Shown here: piece after piece, positions 13,253 to 26,281 of the stretch
Layout: each line of letters begins with the position of its first letter
How positions within the stretch are numbered: position 1 is the stretch's first letter
DNA from: Octopus vulgaris
Lineage: Eukaryota
Direction: 5' to 3'
Assembly (NCBI GenBank): GCA_951406725.2
Contig: OX597819.1
Span: 33,914,001-33,978,000 of the forward strand
DNA: 64,000 nucleotides
Translations under genes and position numbers: made by a program
Notes under the pieces: model-generated
Database searches by the model: none
Told to the model about the DNA's origin: nothing
What the model saw: the letters and a program-made list of their open reading frames with translations, nothing else

Positions 13253-13401
13253 GTATATATTATTGACCACACATACTTAATGTATGTGTTTCGCTTGTTC
13301 GCTGGTATGCTGCAGTTTAGCACAATGGTAATGACAATAGTGGGTTGGTTAAAGTATAACAGTAATTACCACATTCTCTCATGAATGCATTTGCTTGTGA
13401 G

Positions 13402-13760
13402 CATCATCATCATTATCATCCTCATCATTTAACCTCTGTCTTCCATGCTGGCATGAGTCGGACAGTTTGACTGAAAACTGGTAAGCTGGAGAGCTGCACC
13501 AGGTTCTGATCTGATTTGGCAAGGTTTCTACAGCTGGATGCCCTTCCTAACACCAACCACTCTGAAAGTGTAGTGGATGTTTTTTATGTGCTACCAACAT
13601 GGGTGACATTGACCTGACACCGACATTGGCCATGACTACAGTCTCACATGGCTTGATAGTTCTACACAGGACAATATATTGCCAAAGGTCTCGGTCACCT
13701 GACACTGCCACCATGAAGCCCAATGCTCAAATGGTACTTTTACGTGCCACTGGCATCAGC
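13402..13760 (-). mobile_element. RTE 3'-UTR fragment
   Basis: (CAT)n, then ttccatgctggcatg...ggatgcccttcctaacaccaaccactc. Homologous to 60193-60400. Confidence 0.8.
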
Positions 13761-14291
13761 CACATGATATATGGAGAAACCAGGTGTACTGTATACCAAC
13801 CCCTTTTTAATCTTTTTAACACACACACACATAGAGGATTATGACTTGCAGCCTAGAACTAAGAGAAAAATGCTTTGAAAGAGAAGAATTTTTCTGTAAA
13901 CATTTGAATTTGACAATCCATAAATTATCTTGTGATAAATAATTCTATCTGAAGAGAATTAGAAACATAAACAAAAAAGAAAAAAAAAAAACGTGGCTAA
14001 ACAAATGACCTTGATTTTATGAAATTGGTGGCACCTGTCAGTGAGATGGTGGGGAAAGACATTTATATTTTCCCAAATAAATCAGTATTTATTCTTGATA
14101 TCTGTGCAAATCAAGGGACCTGTCTTGAAACATGACAAAACAGTCACAGTGGACTTAAACTGCCAATCTGATCTGTAAGTTAAATTGATATTCCACTCAA
14201 CCATTTCATTTGAACAAGGACCCAGTGAGTCTAATATAGATTGTTGATGTGTTGTGGTTTGAAGTGACATATATAACACACATCAATCAGC

Positions 14292-14998
14292 AGGCATGGC
14301 TGTGTAGTAAGATGCTTGCTTCCCAATCACATGTTTCTGGGTTCAGTCCCATTGTATGGCACCTTGGGAAAGTGTCTTCTACTATAACCTCGGGCTGACC
14401 AGAGCCTTGTGAGTGGATTCGGTAGATGGAAGCCGAAAGAAGTCCATTGTCGCCTTACTGGCACATGAAAAATTATTCAAGTGAGGTCGTTGCCAGTGCG
14501 ACTGGACTGGCTCTTGTCCAGGTGGCATGCAAAAAGCACCATTTGAGCATGGCCATTGCCAGTACCGCCTAACTGGCCCTCGTGCCAGAGGCACATAAAA
14601 GCACCCACTACACTCTCAGAGTGGTTGGTGTTAGCAAGGGAATCCAGCTGTAGAAACTCTGCCAGATCAGATTGGAGCCTGGTGCAGCCATCTGGTTCAC
14701 CAGTCCTAAGTCAAATCATCCAACCCATGCTAGCATGGAAAGCAGACATCAAACGATGATGATGATATATATATATATATATTTGTGTGTGTGTATTTGT
14801 GTCTGTGTTTTTCCCATCACCATTATTTGACAGCCGATGCTGGTGTGTTTCTGTCCCTGTAACTTAGTGGTTCAGCAAAAGAGACCAATAGAATAAGTAC
14901 TAGGCTTAAAAAAAGAATAAGTCCTGGGGTTGATTTTTTTCGACAAAGGCAGTGCTCCAGCATGGCCACAGTCAAAATGTCTCAAACAAGTAATACAA
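14292..14998 (+). mobile_element. SINE A split by an RTE 3'-UTR fragment (about 14450-14765)
   Basis: SINE head 14292-14445, RTE tail with three decayed ggcac..aaaagcacc units and (GAT)n, SINE 3' half 14780-14998. Confidence 0.8.
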
Positions 14999-15462
14999 TA
15001 ATAGAATAATAAATTGATAACATACAGTTCTATAATGTTTCTGAACACAGTGATCACTATATCAACCAGACTATCAGATGTTGTTACACACTGCTGATCA
15101 CAATGCATTTTCTCACATTGTAGTAGTTTTCGGATGCTGCCATCACACTGGCTAGACAGGCAAGCCAACATTGTCCCTGATTGAAATACCAATCCATCAC
15201 AGGGTTACTCTTTTACGGCTGAGTGGACTGGAATAACATGTAATGAAGTGTTTTGCTCAAGAACACATCACTAATACACACCAATATAGGCAACAGTAAT
15301 AAGGTAATAAGTAATGATGGTCTGTTTTGTCAATGATTAGTGGGTACAAACAGTTTAAAAAAGAAATAAACTGGTTTACCAAGGGGAAGAAGAGAAGTCT
15401 TACATCTCATAGAGTACTCTTCAGAGATTATCTTTCCTGTTAATGAAGAATTTTATTCAAAA

Positions 15463-15858
15463 CTAGCAGTATCGCCCGACGTTGCTCGGGTTTGTAAGGG
15501 AAATAACTATATAAGCATTTTTAGAGATGTAAAGTATAATAGCCATCTCAATATGGCTAACCACAAAGGGGGGATGTTACTGTAGCTTTTTACGTTCTGA
15601 GATTTAATGATAAATGTTTAGAGAGTTACTTCCCTTATATATGCCAAAAATGCATTAAAAATGGGAAAAATTGATGGTAATTTTTTTTTTAAATCGTAGA
15701 CTCATCGTAGACGCGCGCTAATACCCAGAAGGGCTCGATATGAATCACGACTATAAGATACCCGGTTTTGGTTAAACTGCACTGCAAAATGTGGGAGTAG
15801 TTAGGAATCTAAATCGTAGGAGACAGACAGCACACAACCTCACTTTTATATATAATGA
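15463..15858 (-). mobile_element. Non-autonomous Helitron
   Basis: Minus strand A|TCATTATATATAAAAG...CCCGAGCAACGTCGGG-CGATACTG-CTAG|T: 5' TC, subterminal GC-rich hairpin, 3' CTAG, AT target site, no TSD. Confidence 0.85.
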
Positions 15859-15894
15859 TATCAACATTACCTCTTTCTCACAGTAAACAAATTT

Positions 15895-16717
15895 GGATCT
15901 TTACCTTTTGACCTACAGATTTAAAAAATAATTTTTTGTAACTAAACACTTTCGAACTTCGGACACTAGTAGAATGTGTCATATAAAACATCTTTTATTT
16001 ACTCTTAGCATTTTTGAGGAAAACTTATATTTACGAAGTTATTTCACGTTAAAGTTCTCGTATTTCAGCAATTTAAACCAATCAATGATGTGTATTCAGC
16101 TGAATAAAATTACTGCTGTTGTTTGTCAACAACGTCTATCAGTGGTGTATTTTTCGTTTATCACTGTTATTTATGACATTGTTTGTGCGTTTGTAGTGGC
16201 TTTAAGGTTTTATGGTCAGGGTTTTAGGGTTAGGGTTAGGGTTTTAGGGTTAGAGTTAGGGTTAAGGTTTTAGGGTTAGGGTTTTAGGGTTAGGGTTAGC
16301 ATTAGGGTTTTAGGGTTACAGTTAGGGTTAAGGTTTTAGGGTTAGGGTTTTAGGGTTAGGGTTTTAGGGTTAGGGTTTAAGAGTTAAGGTTAGGGTTAAG
16401 CTTTTAGGGTTAGGTTTAGGATTTTTAGAGTTAGGGTTGTCATAAATAACAGTGACATACGAAATATACACCCCCAGAAGTTCTTGTTGACAAACAACAG
16501 CAGTAATTTTATTCAGCTGAATACACATCACTGATTGGTTGAAATTACCGAAATACGAGAACTTTAACGAGAAATAACTTCGTAAATATAAGTTTTTCTC
16601 AAAAATGCTAAGAGTAAAAGATGTTTTATATGACACATTCTACCAGTATCCAAAGTTTGAAAGTGTTTAGTTACAAAAAATTATTTTTTAAATCTGTAGC
16701 TCAAAAGGTAAAGATCT
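15895..16717. mobile_element. Long-TIR (foldback/MULE-like) non-autonomous DNA transposon with a telomere-like core
   Basis: About 280-bp imperfect TIRs (15895-16178 and 16438-16717) beginning GGATCTTTACCTTTTGA. 8-bp TSD ACAAATTT at 15887-15894 and 16718-16725. Confidence 0.85.
16201..16438 (+). repeat. Interstitial telomere-like repeat (TTAGGG/TTTTAGGG variants)
   Basis: Directly visible ttagggttagggttttagggttagagttaggg array. Confidence 0.95.
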
Positions 16718-16824
16718 ACAAATTTATTCCACTTTTGAGATGCTACATAGTATATTTCTGATACTGCTTTGTGATATACATATGTATTTGATATCTTGAT
16801 ATCTTATTGATGCAGGAATAGCTG

Positions 16825-17270
16825 AGCAGTTAAGAAGCTTGCTTGCCAACCACGTGGTGTTCCATTGCATGGCACCTTGGGCATGTGCCTTCAATTATAA
16901 CCCTGTACTGACCAAAGCCTTGTGAGTGTATTTTGTAAATGAAAACTGAAAGAAACTCGTTGTGTGTGTATATACGTGCGTGCATGTGTGCACTAATGTA
17001 CGTTCGTGTGTATCCAAGTCTTGACATCATGTGATGGGTTTTAAACAAGCATCACTGTCATAGAAGTGGTGATGTCATTCATTTCCAGCCTTCTGTGGAA
17101 AACATGTCTGTCAACAGAAAAATATTGCATTGCTTGGAAACAGATGATGGTTGATGACAGGATGAGCATCCAACCATAGAAAATTTACCTCAACAAATTC
17201 TGCATAACCCATGCAAGCATGACAAAGTGAAGGATGATGATAATAATACTGATGATGATGATGATGATGG
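16825..17270 (+). mobile_element. RTE-tailed SINE
   Basis: SINE A head followed by a body ending acccatgcaagcatg...(GAT)n, like the RTE tail. Confidence 0.75.
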
Positions 17271-17484
17271 TATTATCTACATAAAAGATAGTTCAATATG
17301 ATAACACAGACAAATAAAGACTTGTAACTTGTATATAAGACTCAAAATTTTTGTAGATAATATTTTTCATAAAGGTTTTAACCTGAATTTGACATCAACC
17401 ATTAATTTTTTATCGAAGGTCAAAAGTTTGTTTGTGATCTTAGGATTCATGCATAAATTTAATACTTGAGATTGTGTGTGTATG

Positions 17485-17520
<36 letters not shown>

Positions 17521-17531
17521 TATACATATAC

Positions 17532-17611
<80 letters not shown>

Positions 17612-17873
17612 ATAGAACAAAAAACCACAGAAATTAAATATTCATTCTATAAAGTTTTCCTATGAACAATAGAAAACACACTGATAATGTTTATATAATC
17701 CATATAACTTATTGATTTATGTCATTTTTTTGTATTTCTTTCCCCTTTTTTTGTCTTCAATGAACAAAATCAGTTATATTTTGTCATAGGAAAAGTGAAC
17801 AACAAGATGGAGATAAAAAATATGAATAATGATAATAACAACAACAAATTGCTATTATTATTATTATTATTAC

Positions 17874-17907
<34 letters not shown>

Positions 17908-18038
17908 GTTATTATGGTAGGAAAAAATCATAAATTAAAAAACTGAAAAGAGAATAACAAAAAAATACAATGTTGTTGTGGCTGCTATATTGAACATTGT
18001 TTTTGGTAAAATTCTTCAATCATATACATAGATAAATC

Positions 18039-18073
<35 letters not shown>

Positions 18074-18785
18074 ATACTCAAACTCATAAATATATTCAGA
18101 ATTACATGCATATACACACGTACATACATATTCAAATTTCTTCATAAACATATGTAAATACACATATTTGTAGATGAGCGTATGTATGTTTTACTGTAAG
18201 GTTAATTAGTTCACTACACAACCACATTGCTTCTGTTTCAATCCCATTGTTTGGCACCTTAAGTAAATACCTTCTAGTCTAACCTAAGGATGATGGATGT
18301 CTTGTGAGTGGAATTTGGTAACAATATGCAAATTTAAGAATTTCTTATCACAGGACATGTAAGTTAAAATGAAGTTGTGGTTTATGTAAAACGCTTGAAG
18401 ATTACACCCATTTGAAAACCTTAAATAAGCCTAATTTCTGATCCAGTCTTCTGGAGAAAGGATGAGCTTCTGTTGTTTCAGAACATAACTCTGCATAATT
18501 CTGTTTCAAAATTGTTTAAATTCAAAGTTATACAAGAACTCTGGCAGACACTTTAGAGACTAAATTTACTTCACAACATTTGAAGAGTACCAGCATCCAT
18601 CATTTCACTGTGAGATTATTTTATTCTTCCTAGCATTTGAAAACAGTGACAGCTCATGCTTTGGTATACCGTCACAAGCTCCAGTCTTTGTAGAATGGCA
18701 GGTTGTGTACCTCAATCAGTTATATTTTGTCATAGGAAAAGTGAATAACAAGATGAAGATAAAAAGAAAATATAATAAATAAACA

Positions 18786-18841
<56 letters not shown>

Positions 18842-19032
18842 TGATGATGATAATAATAATAATAATAATAATAATCCTTTCTTCTATAGGCACAAGGCCT
18901 GAAATTTTGGGAGAGGTGGTAATTCGATTAGATCAACCCCAGTGCATAACTGGTACTTATTTAATTGACCCCAAAAGAATGAAAGGCTAAGCTGACCTCA
19001 GTGGAATTTGTGTTTGCGTCTGTGTGTTTGTG

Positions 19033-19092
<60 letters not shown>

Positions 19093-19097
19093 TGTAT

Positions 19098-19145
<48 letters not shown>

Positions 19146-19491
19146 ATTCTTCTTTTACTGGTTTCTATCACTAGACTGCAGACATACTGAGGTACTGGCT
19201 TTAAAGGTTTTCAGTAAAGTATATAGCTTCACTATATCCTTTACTTGATATTTATTTTACTGACCACAAAATGTGTAAAGGGGAGATAACCAAAATGGAC
19301 CTTAATACTACATATGCTGACTTTCATCAACCAACTCCCTCCAACACACACACACATCCACACATACACGCTAACACAAAACACACACACACACACACAC
19401 ACTTAAACAGATAAGCAATTGGCTTCTGACCAGTTCTCATCTGCCAAATTTTACTCACAAGCTGTTGGTCAACCCTATTTTAAACCTAGAT

Positions 19492-19865
19492 TCGAATCAT
19501 GGCCGATGCCAGCGCCACCTCAACTGGCTTCCGTGCCGGTGGCACGTAAAAAGCACCATCCGAATCGTGGCCGAAACCAGTGCCGCCTCGACTGGCTTCC
19601 GTGCCGGTGGCACGTAAAATGCACCAATCCGTCCGTGGCCATTGCCAGCCTCGCCTGGCACCTGTGCGGGTGGCACGTAAAAAGCACCCACTACACTCAC
19701 GGAGTGGTTGGCGTTAGGAAGGGCATCCAGCTGTAGAAACATTGCCAGATAAGACTGGAGCCTGGTGTAGCCTTCTGGCTTCCCAGATCCCCAGTCGAAC
19801 CATCCAACCCATGCTAGCATGGAAAACGGACGTTAAACGATGATGATGATGATGATGATGATGAT
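19492..19865 (+). mobile_element. Young RTE 3'-UTR fragment with three hairpin+pseudoknot units
   Basis: CpG-rich, three gtgc(c/g)ggtggcacgtaaaa(a/t)gcacc units, tail ccaacccatgctagcatggaaaacggacgttaaac(GAT)n. Confidence 0.9.
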
Positions 19866-20566
19866 CCTGTAGAGGGCTCTTCATTGGGCCTTGGACCAAC
19901 AATGACACTTCATGCATTGAGTACATATTAAATTTTATTGAACTTGAACAATATTTTTCAAGCAATGAACAATTTTCCTCAAAACAATGATATAATTTGT
20001 CGACTTGGAACTTACTGTAAAGCTGTATGATAAACAACATTTTTGTCTTCCCATTCAGGGTCAATAGAAATAGCTTGTTTCCATTCCCTAGCCTTGAGCA
20101 ACCCACATATAGCTAACCATAGGCAACAATAAACTTTTAAAAGTTCAATGATAATTCTTCTGCTGCCACTTAGTTTAAAGACAATTTGATGTACGTAAGG
20201 CCTTACTTTTCATACAAATAATTATTTGTATTAGCTGGTACGTATCTAAATTCCTGTTCATAGTTTGAAGAAAAATTACACCACTGTCGCTAAACACTAT
20301 TTTAAAGAGCGATTTTTATGGTTTGGAATTGCTCTAATCGTATTTGACCATAACGATGTTTGAAATTTAGTATATTTTAGTATATTTTAAGGTAATAATA
20401 AAATTAGTCGAATCTATTTTCATACATAGCTCTGATGGCTGACAACATGAAAATAGATCCAACAAATTTCATTAATATCTGAAAAATACTAAGTTTCCAA
20501 CATTAAATTCAGCTTATGTTGAAAGTCAAGAAACAAAGTTTGCTTTAGAAGCATTGAGATGTATTG

Positions 20567-20745
20567 AAAGATACAGATAAGGAAATGATTTTATTCTCAA
20601 ACACAGGGTAATGCTAATAATATATCATGAACAGGATAATCTATCCATATTTTTCTGCAAAATATGGATAGATTATGCTGTTCATGATATATTATTAGCA
20701 TTACCCTGTGTTTGAGAATAAAATCATTTCCTTATCTGTATCTTT
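20567..20745. repeat. Near-perfect palindrome (87-bp arms, 5-nt loop, 1 mismatch)
   Basis: aaagatacagataaggaaatg...ccatatttt [tctgc] aaaatatgg...catttccttatctgtatcttt. Confidence 0.95.
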
Positions 20746-20989
20746 TAAGTTTCCAACAATTTTATGGTAGAGAGTTATGAGAGGTTATATTGTGAGAGAG
20801 AGGGTTTGATATGTATTTCAGTTCTGAACGTTATGAAGCATGTGTTATGATTAAATTACTTGATACAGTTATAATATTTAGAGAAAGATTTCAAAATGTT
20901 TATTTTGGAAATTACTTTTGGAAATAGTTATAATATTCAGAGAAATGTTTTTTTCAAAATGTTAGGATTAAGAAAAAAACCAAGAATGT

Positions 20990-21120
20990 AGAATAGTAGA
21001 AGATCATTGAATAGTGAGAAGGGGGTAAAGTATGAGGAATAGTAGAAGTGTCATTGAATAGTGAGAGAGGAATAAAGTATGAGGAATAGTAGAAGTGTCA
21101 TTGAGTAATGAGAGAGGAGG
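20990..21120. repeat. About 44-bp minisatellite, 3 copies, inside the Helitron
   Basis: gaatagtagaagtgtcattgaatagtgagagagg..aaagtatgag repeated. Confidence 0.85.
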
Positions 21121-21778
21121 TCAGAGAGGTAAAGTTAAAAAAGTGTGACACACTGACATTTGCTTTCGCATTTATTATTATAGAAGAGGGACAGTTGACC
21201 AAAGTGCTGTACATGTAACTTAAGCCAGCCTCTCCCTAGTAATGGAGTGGACCTCCTTACTAAATAGCCATTTATTCACTATAATACAAAAATAATGTGA
21301 AATAACAGGTGATTTATTTTTCCCTTATGTTACTTTGTACTAACTGACACATCAAAATAACTATTGATTAATTGTAAAATTGTCAAATTTTCTCTCTTCA
21401 TTTCTCCCTTGGTACAGTTTCAGGTTCCTTCAAGCAGAACCTGGTCCCAGAATGAGAAAACTTCAAGTTAACTCATGCATTTGATATTGTTATCAAGTTT
21501 GTAGTTGCCAAAGAGAGTAGAGTGGGTAATTCAATAAAAATACAATATGTATGTGTGTATGAATGTACATGCATGTGTCTGAATGTATATGCATGTGATT
21601 GTGTGTGTACACATATAAGCATGTGTATGTTTCTCTGTATGCATGTGCACATTTGTGTAAGTGGGATTCAACACAAAACTCTGGACCGTCAATTCACTGA
21701 TGTAGTTTGTCAACTATAAATAATCTAAGCTTTCTGTTTCATGAATTGTCTCATATTTTTTATCTGTTATCTACCCCC

Positions 21779-21834
<56 letters not shown>

Positions 21835-22082
21835 CACACACACACATACACACACATATATATATATACACACACACACACATATATATATATATAAACA
21901 AATGTATTTAACCCAGCATTTCTGTCTGTTTTCTGTATCACTCTAAAATGACAAACCATCTCAACTTGGTAATGGAACCATGAGTTCCTGGGGTAAAAAT
22001 GCCAATCACAGGATTTATTTGTTAGCCTGATGTATTTTTCCTGAATTAATCCCTTATTAATCCCTATATGTATATATGTATA

Positions 22083-22149
<67 letters not shown>

Positions 22150-22469
22150 AACCCATGCCAGCATTGACAGTGGACGCTAAGAGTGAGGATATATATATCT
22201 TGCCAAACAGTACAGTTCTGGTTATGGTATGTAATTGATTACTGGCTTTGAGCTGTCCATTGTACTAGTCTTCAGATATGTTGGCAGGAAATGCTTAGCC
22301 ACCTTTGTACTGAACATAAATATGCAGTCCTCAACTGTTCAGTGTTGATAATAAAAAGAGAACTAGAATAAAAAAAAAAAGGGCTCAACAATATAAGAAT
22401 ATAACCACTGTAATTTTTCTTTTCGTGTGTGCCTTTTTAGTAGACTTTCTGATGAAATCTTTAAGTGCT

Positions 22470-22757
22470 TGCCACTCTGATCATCACCAGTGGTCTATTC
22501 TTGTCTCTGGCCATGAAGCCTGGTATTTCAATGTCTACCTGGCAACAGCCTTCTTTCAAGGTACCCGCAGAGCCATCCTTGCAGACTAGAGAAAAAAGGG
22601 GGCAAAAACGAAGACACTACAACCAGCTTGATCAGCCTCCCTTCCCTTGCAGCCACTGCAGTCATGCCTGTCTGACTTGAACTGGACTCATGGAGCATCA
22701 GTAAGCTTGCAACAGACCTCCTGTAAATCTTCACTTGTGAAGCCAAGTCAAGAAGAA
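22470..22757 (+). mobile_element. RTE (BovB-like) LINE 3' end
   Basis: FPCSHCSHACLT*TGLMEH zinc-finger remnant and tail cttcacttgtgaagccaagtcaagaagaa. Confidence 0.7.
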
Positions 22758-22814
22758 CACATACACACACACACACACAAATGTATGAGAGAAGTCCCTT
22801 AATTTATTTCTTTT

Positions 22815-23505
22815 ATCTTCTGTTTAATACTTGTTTTAGTCATTAGACTGTGGTCATGCTGGAGCACTGCACCAAAAAATTTTTAGTCAACCCCAGTACC
22901 TATTTTATGTTAAGCCTGGTACTTATTCAAGTGGTCACTTTTGCCAGACAGCCAAGTTATGGGGACATAAACACACCAAGTGGTGGTGGGAGACAAAAAG
23001 CAGAGACACAAACACACACAATGGGCTTCTTTCAGTTTCTGTCACCCAAATCCATTCACAAGGCTTTGGTCAGCCTGAGACTATAATAGAAGACACTTGC
23101 CCAAGATGTCACACAGTAGGAGTGAACCCAGAACCATGTGACTGGGAAGCAAGCTTCTTACCACACTCTGTTTTTCTCTTTTGCACCCTTTTCAAGCCTA
23201 GCCAGGCTCATGGGCCTGGTTTCTCGGTTTCTGTGGCATATGCATTCCCCCCAGCTGGACGGGACGCCAGTTCATCGTGGTGTTACTCAAGAAACAGGAA
23301 GAAAGAGTGAGAGAAAGTTGGGGCAAAAGAGTACAACAGGGGTCACCACCACCCCTTGCCGGAGCCTCGTGGAGCTTTTAGGTATTTTCGCTCAATAAAC
23401 ACACACAACACCCGGTCTGGGAATCGAAACCGCGATCCTCCAACCGCGAGTCCGCTGCCCTAACCACTGGGCCATTGCGCCTCCACATTTCTTACCACAC
23501 AGCCA
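22815..23505 (-). mobile_element. SINE family A hosting a nested SINE
   Basis: Reverse complement of family A. The head resumes (cttaccacacagcc) after the insert. Confidence 0.85.
23167..23488 (-). mobile_element. tRNA(Arg)-like SINE family B, nested, with 12-bp TSD
   Basis: Head ggaggcgcaatggcccagtggttagggcagcggactcgcg...ggtttcgattccc. TSD ttcttaccacac at 23155-23166 and 23489-23500. Confidence 0.9.
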
Positions 23506-24184
23506 AGGCTAATTCATTATTTCAGTTTCTTCTAGGGAATAATATCACAGTTTAAGTTTAGGAGTTTAAATACACTTAAACTGTACAGCCATTTCCAGCA
23601 ATCTGGTCAGTGAGGCTGATTGCTAATTTTTAATCATCAACAGTAAGATCTTTTCTCAATAAAATCAACCATTTTTTCTTCTAAGCATATGCTCACACAC
23701 AAACATTCACTTATATGTGTATGTAAGTATTTGTGTATGTGTATTACTTATTTGTCTTAAGATCCATTTTTCCATACTAGAATGCTTTACACACACATAA
23801 AGTTTAAGAGTGTATAAAAATATATATCAGTATAAAAGTTTAGTTGTAGAGAGATATGTAGAGAGATACAGGGTGAGTAGAAGAAGGCAAACAGTTTCTT
23901 TATGTAATGTTAATAAGATACTCATTGTAAACAATGGTGCCAGTCTTGTATTTATACACACACACACACATATATATATATATACACACACACATACATA
24001 TACATACAGGTACACACACACACCTTTCCCAAGACAGCCATTATAACTGAGTGATGTTTACTCATCAGGGATATATATATATATACAAAAATGTATCCAT
24101 GCATATATATTCAGACACAATTTCAAACTTACACACACATATACATATAGAAATATATATATCTTATCTCTCTCTCTTCCTATA

Positions 24185-24245
<61 letters not shown>

Positions 24246-24263
24246 TACACACATGCACATAAA

Positions 24264-24290
24264 CTAGAAAGCTACCCAGCATTGCCTGGA
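24264..24290 (-). mobile_element. Possible Helitron 3' terminus
   Basis: Minus strand ccaggcaatgctgggtagcttt-CTAG|T resembles the 15463 terminus. The 5' end was not located. Confidence 0.4.
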
Positions 24291-25537
24291 AAATGAGGCA
24301 TTCATCAGAAAACTTTTTTTTTGAGTCCATTTTATTATTGTCTTTCTCATCCCACATGGTGAATGAGATTCATGGTAACTCTGTATAAATTTATTACTTT
24401 AAACAAAAAGTTTAATCGATTATAACCAATAAAATCTGTTTTTTTAATTCTTATAATTTTTACCTGTGGTTCATTAAACCTACTATAAGTGGAATTAACA
24501 TAAATGCAATATACCTGTGCATATGCACGCACGTGTTTGTGTGTGTGTGTGTGTGTGCGCACATGCATACATGGGACTTTTTTGATTTATAATTTAAAAA
24601 AAATTTTTTTCTTGCCTGTTCAAAAGAACATTTTGAAATCAATGTTTTTACTCCCTGAACCAGTACAAAATTCAAGGAGGCTGGTACTTACACAAAAGAT
24701 ACTTCACATCATGCATACAAAGTGCTAACAACTCCATTCTTTTGTTCAAACCATTACTGCCTTGAAACAAAATTCTTAATTTTTCACCCAAACAAAAGCT
24801 GCACTGCATTTCTGATTTCAGACTACCATTCCTATACAGTTGTGTCTTATCCAGATACGTGTATGTGTGTCTTTGTATGTATACTGCATGTGTGAGAGAG
24901 AGAGACTGAACAAATGTGTAGAGATCCACGTAAAACGATTGTATTCATAAATCATGAAATTGCATAAGAGCCTTCAAAAAAATGTTTTTATGTAAACAGA
25001 TGAAAAACATTTTATTTTTCAAATTTTTTTCAGTGTCTAAAAACAATATGAAACTTTCTTTTTCACTTGCTAAATACATGCATTCATTAGAAGTGTGTTT
25101 GTTTATTTGTCTGGTTGTATGTATGTGGTGTGTATGAGGTTGTGCATGTGTGATCATTTGTATGTTTGTCATTGTTATGAATAACATTCTCTGTATCTAA
25201 GCATTGTGTGTATGTATGTTTGCACATGTGTGTGTGGGTTTTCTGTCTGTGCATGCTTGTTTGCAAGTTCTTTTTTTCTTTCTTCTTTATCAGCAGCAAA
25301 AGCGACATATTTTTGCAAATGTGTTGGTATAATAATGAACAAAATTCTTCTATTGAGAGACGTTTAGGGGTGAGACACACTTGAAATATTTCCAAGCATA
25401 AGGAGGTCTGTGCAAGATAACATAGACAGAAGCATTTTATTGTGGCAATTTCTAGTTAAGCTTAAAATTAAGGAACACTCATAGAGAAAAAAAAACAGAC
25501 TTTTGATAGTATACATAACCGATGCAGACATGGAAAC

Positions 25538-25824
25538 TGATGATGATGATGATGGTGGTGGTGGTGGGGATGATGATGATGATGGTGATGGTGGTGATGA
25601 TGATGATGGTGGTGGTGGTGGTGGTGGTGGTATTGGTGGTGGTGGTGGTGGTGGTGGTGGTGGTGGTGGTGGTGGTGGTGGTGGTGGTGGTGGTGGTGGG
25701 GGATGATGATGATGATGGTGATGGTGGTGATGATGATGATGGTGGTGGTGGTGGTGGTGGTGGTGGTGGTGGTGGTGGTGGTGGTGGTGGTGGTGGTGGT
25801 GGTGGTGGTGGTGGTGGTGGTGGT
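25538..25824. repeat. Compound (GGT)n/(GAT)n microsatellite with an internal block duplication
   Basis: Block gggatgatgatgatgatggtgatggtggtgatgatgatgat occurs at about 25567 and 25699. Confidence 0.95.
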
Positions 25825-26281
25825 ACACACACACACAAATAAATATATATATGAAAGACACTTTTGAAAACTCAGAGCATCATCTTATTAACAGTAAAGA
25901 GTAAGAGTTTGAAGGCAGTGAGCTGGTAATAATGGTGATGTTCTTAACTGTTATATGGGAATGTAAATATGTTTGCAAATTGTTTTTGTTACATGTTATT
26001 CTGTGTTCTGAATACTTTTATTTTGATAAATGTTGCTTACTGCAAGTTATAGATGATTCTTTTATGACTTCATTGCTTTCAGACTTAGCTTAAAGTATTT
26101 TTGCGCCTGATATCACAAAATACGTCTGAATAAACATTGCCGGATGGCAAATATAGACTTGGACATTGCTTAGAAAATAGTTTTCATTTTTAACCTCTTA
26201 TATAATACACACTAGGGATTCTGACCTTTAAATTTTGTGAAAAAAATGCAGATTATACTCAAGGATTTATGGTATATAGAT

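Larger units (their letters stand above)
19486..21187 (-). mobile_element. Internally deleted Helitron retaining the helicase C-terminus, with nested insertions
   Basis: Minus 20121-20012 reads YG*LYVGCSRLGNGNKLFLLTLNGKTK-NVVYHTALQ* with one frameshift (Pif1-like motif VI HGQLYVA.SR and the TKNVVY end). 5' end TC(TTC)TATAATAATAAATGCG at about 21187. Hairpin at 19872-19891 is joined to CTAG (19486-19489) once the RTE insert is removed. Confidence 0.7.

Noticed and set aside
16201-16438. True telomere or chromosome fusion site
   Set aside because: Short, degenerate, single orientation, and enclosed by TIRs with a TSD.
23415-23488. tRNA gene (also 49945-50016)
   Set aside because: It is a SINE head: followed by a SINE body, flanked by TSDs, and without a proper acceptor stem.
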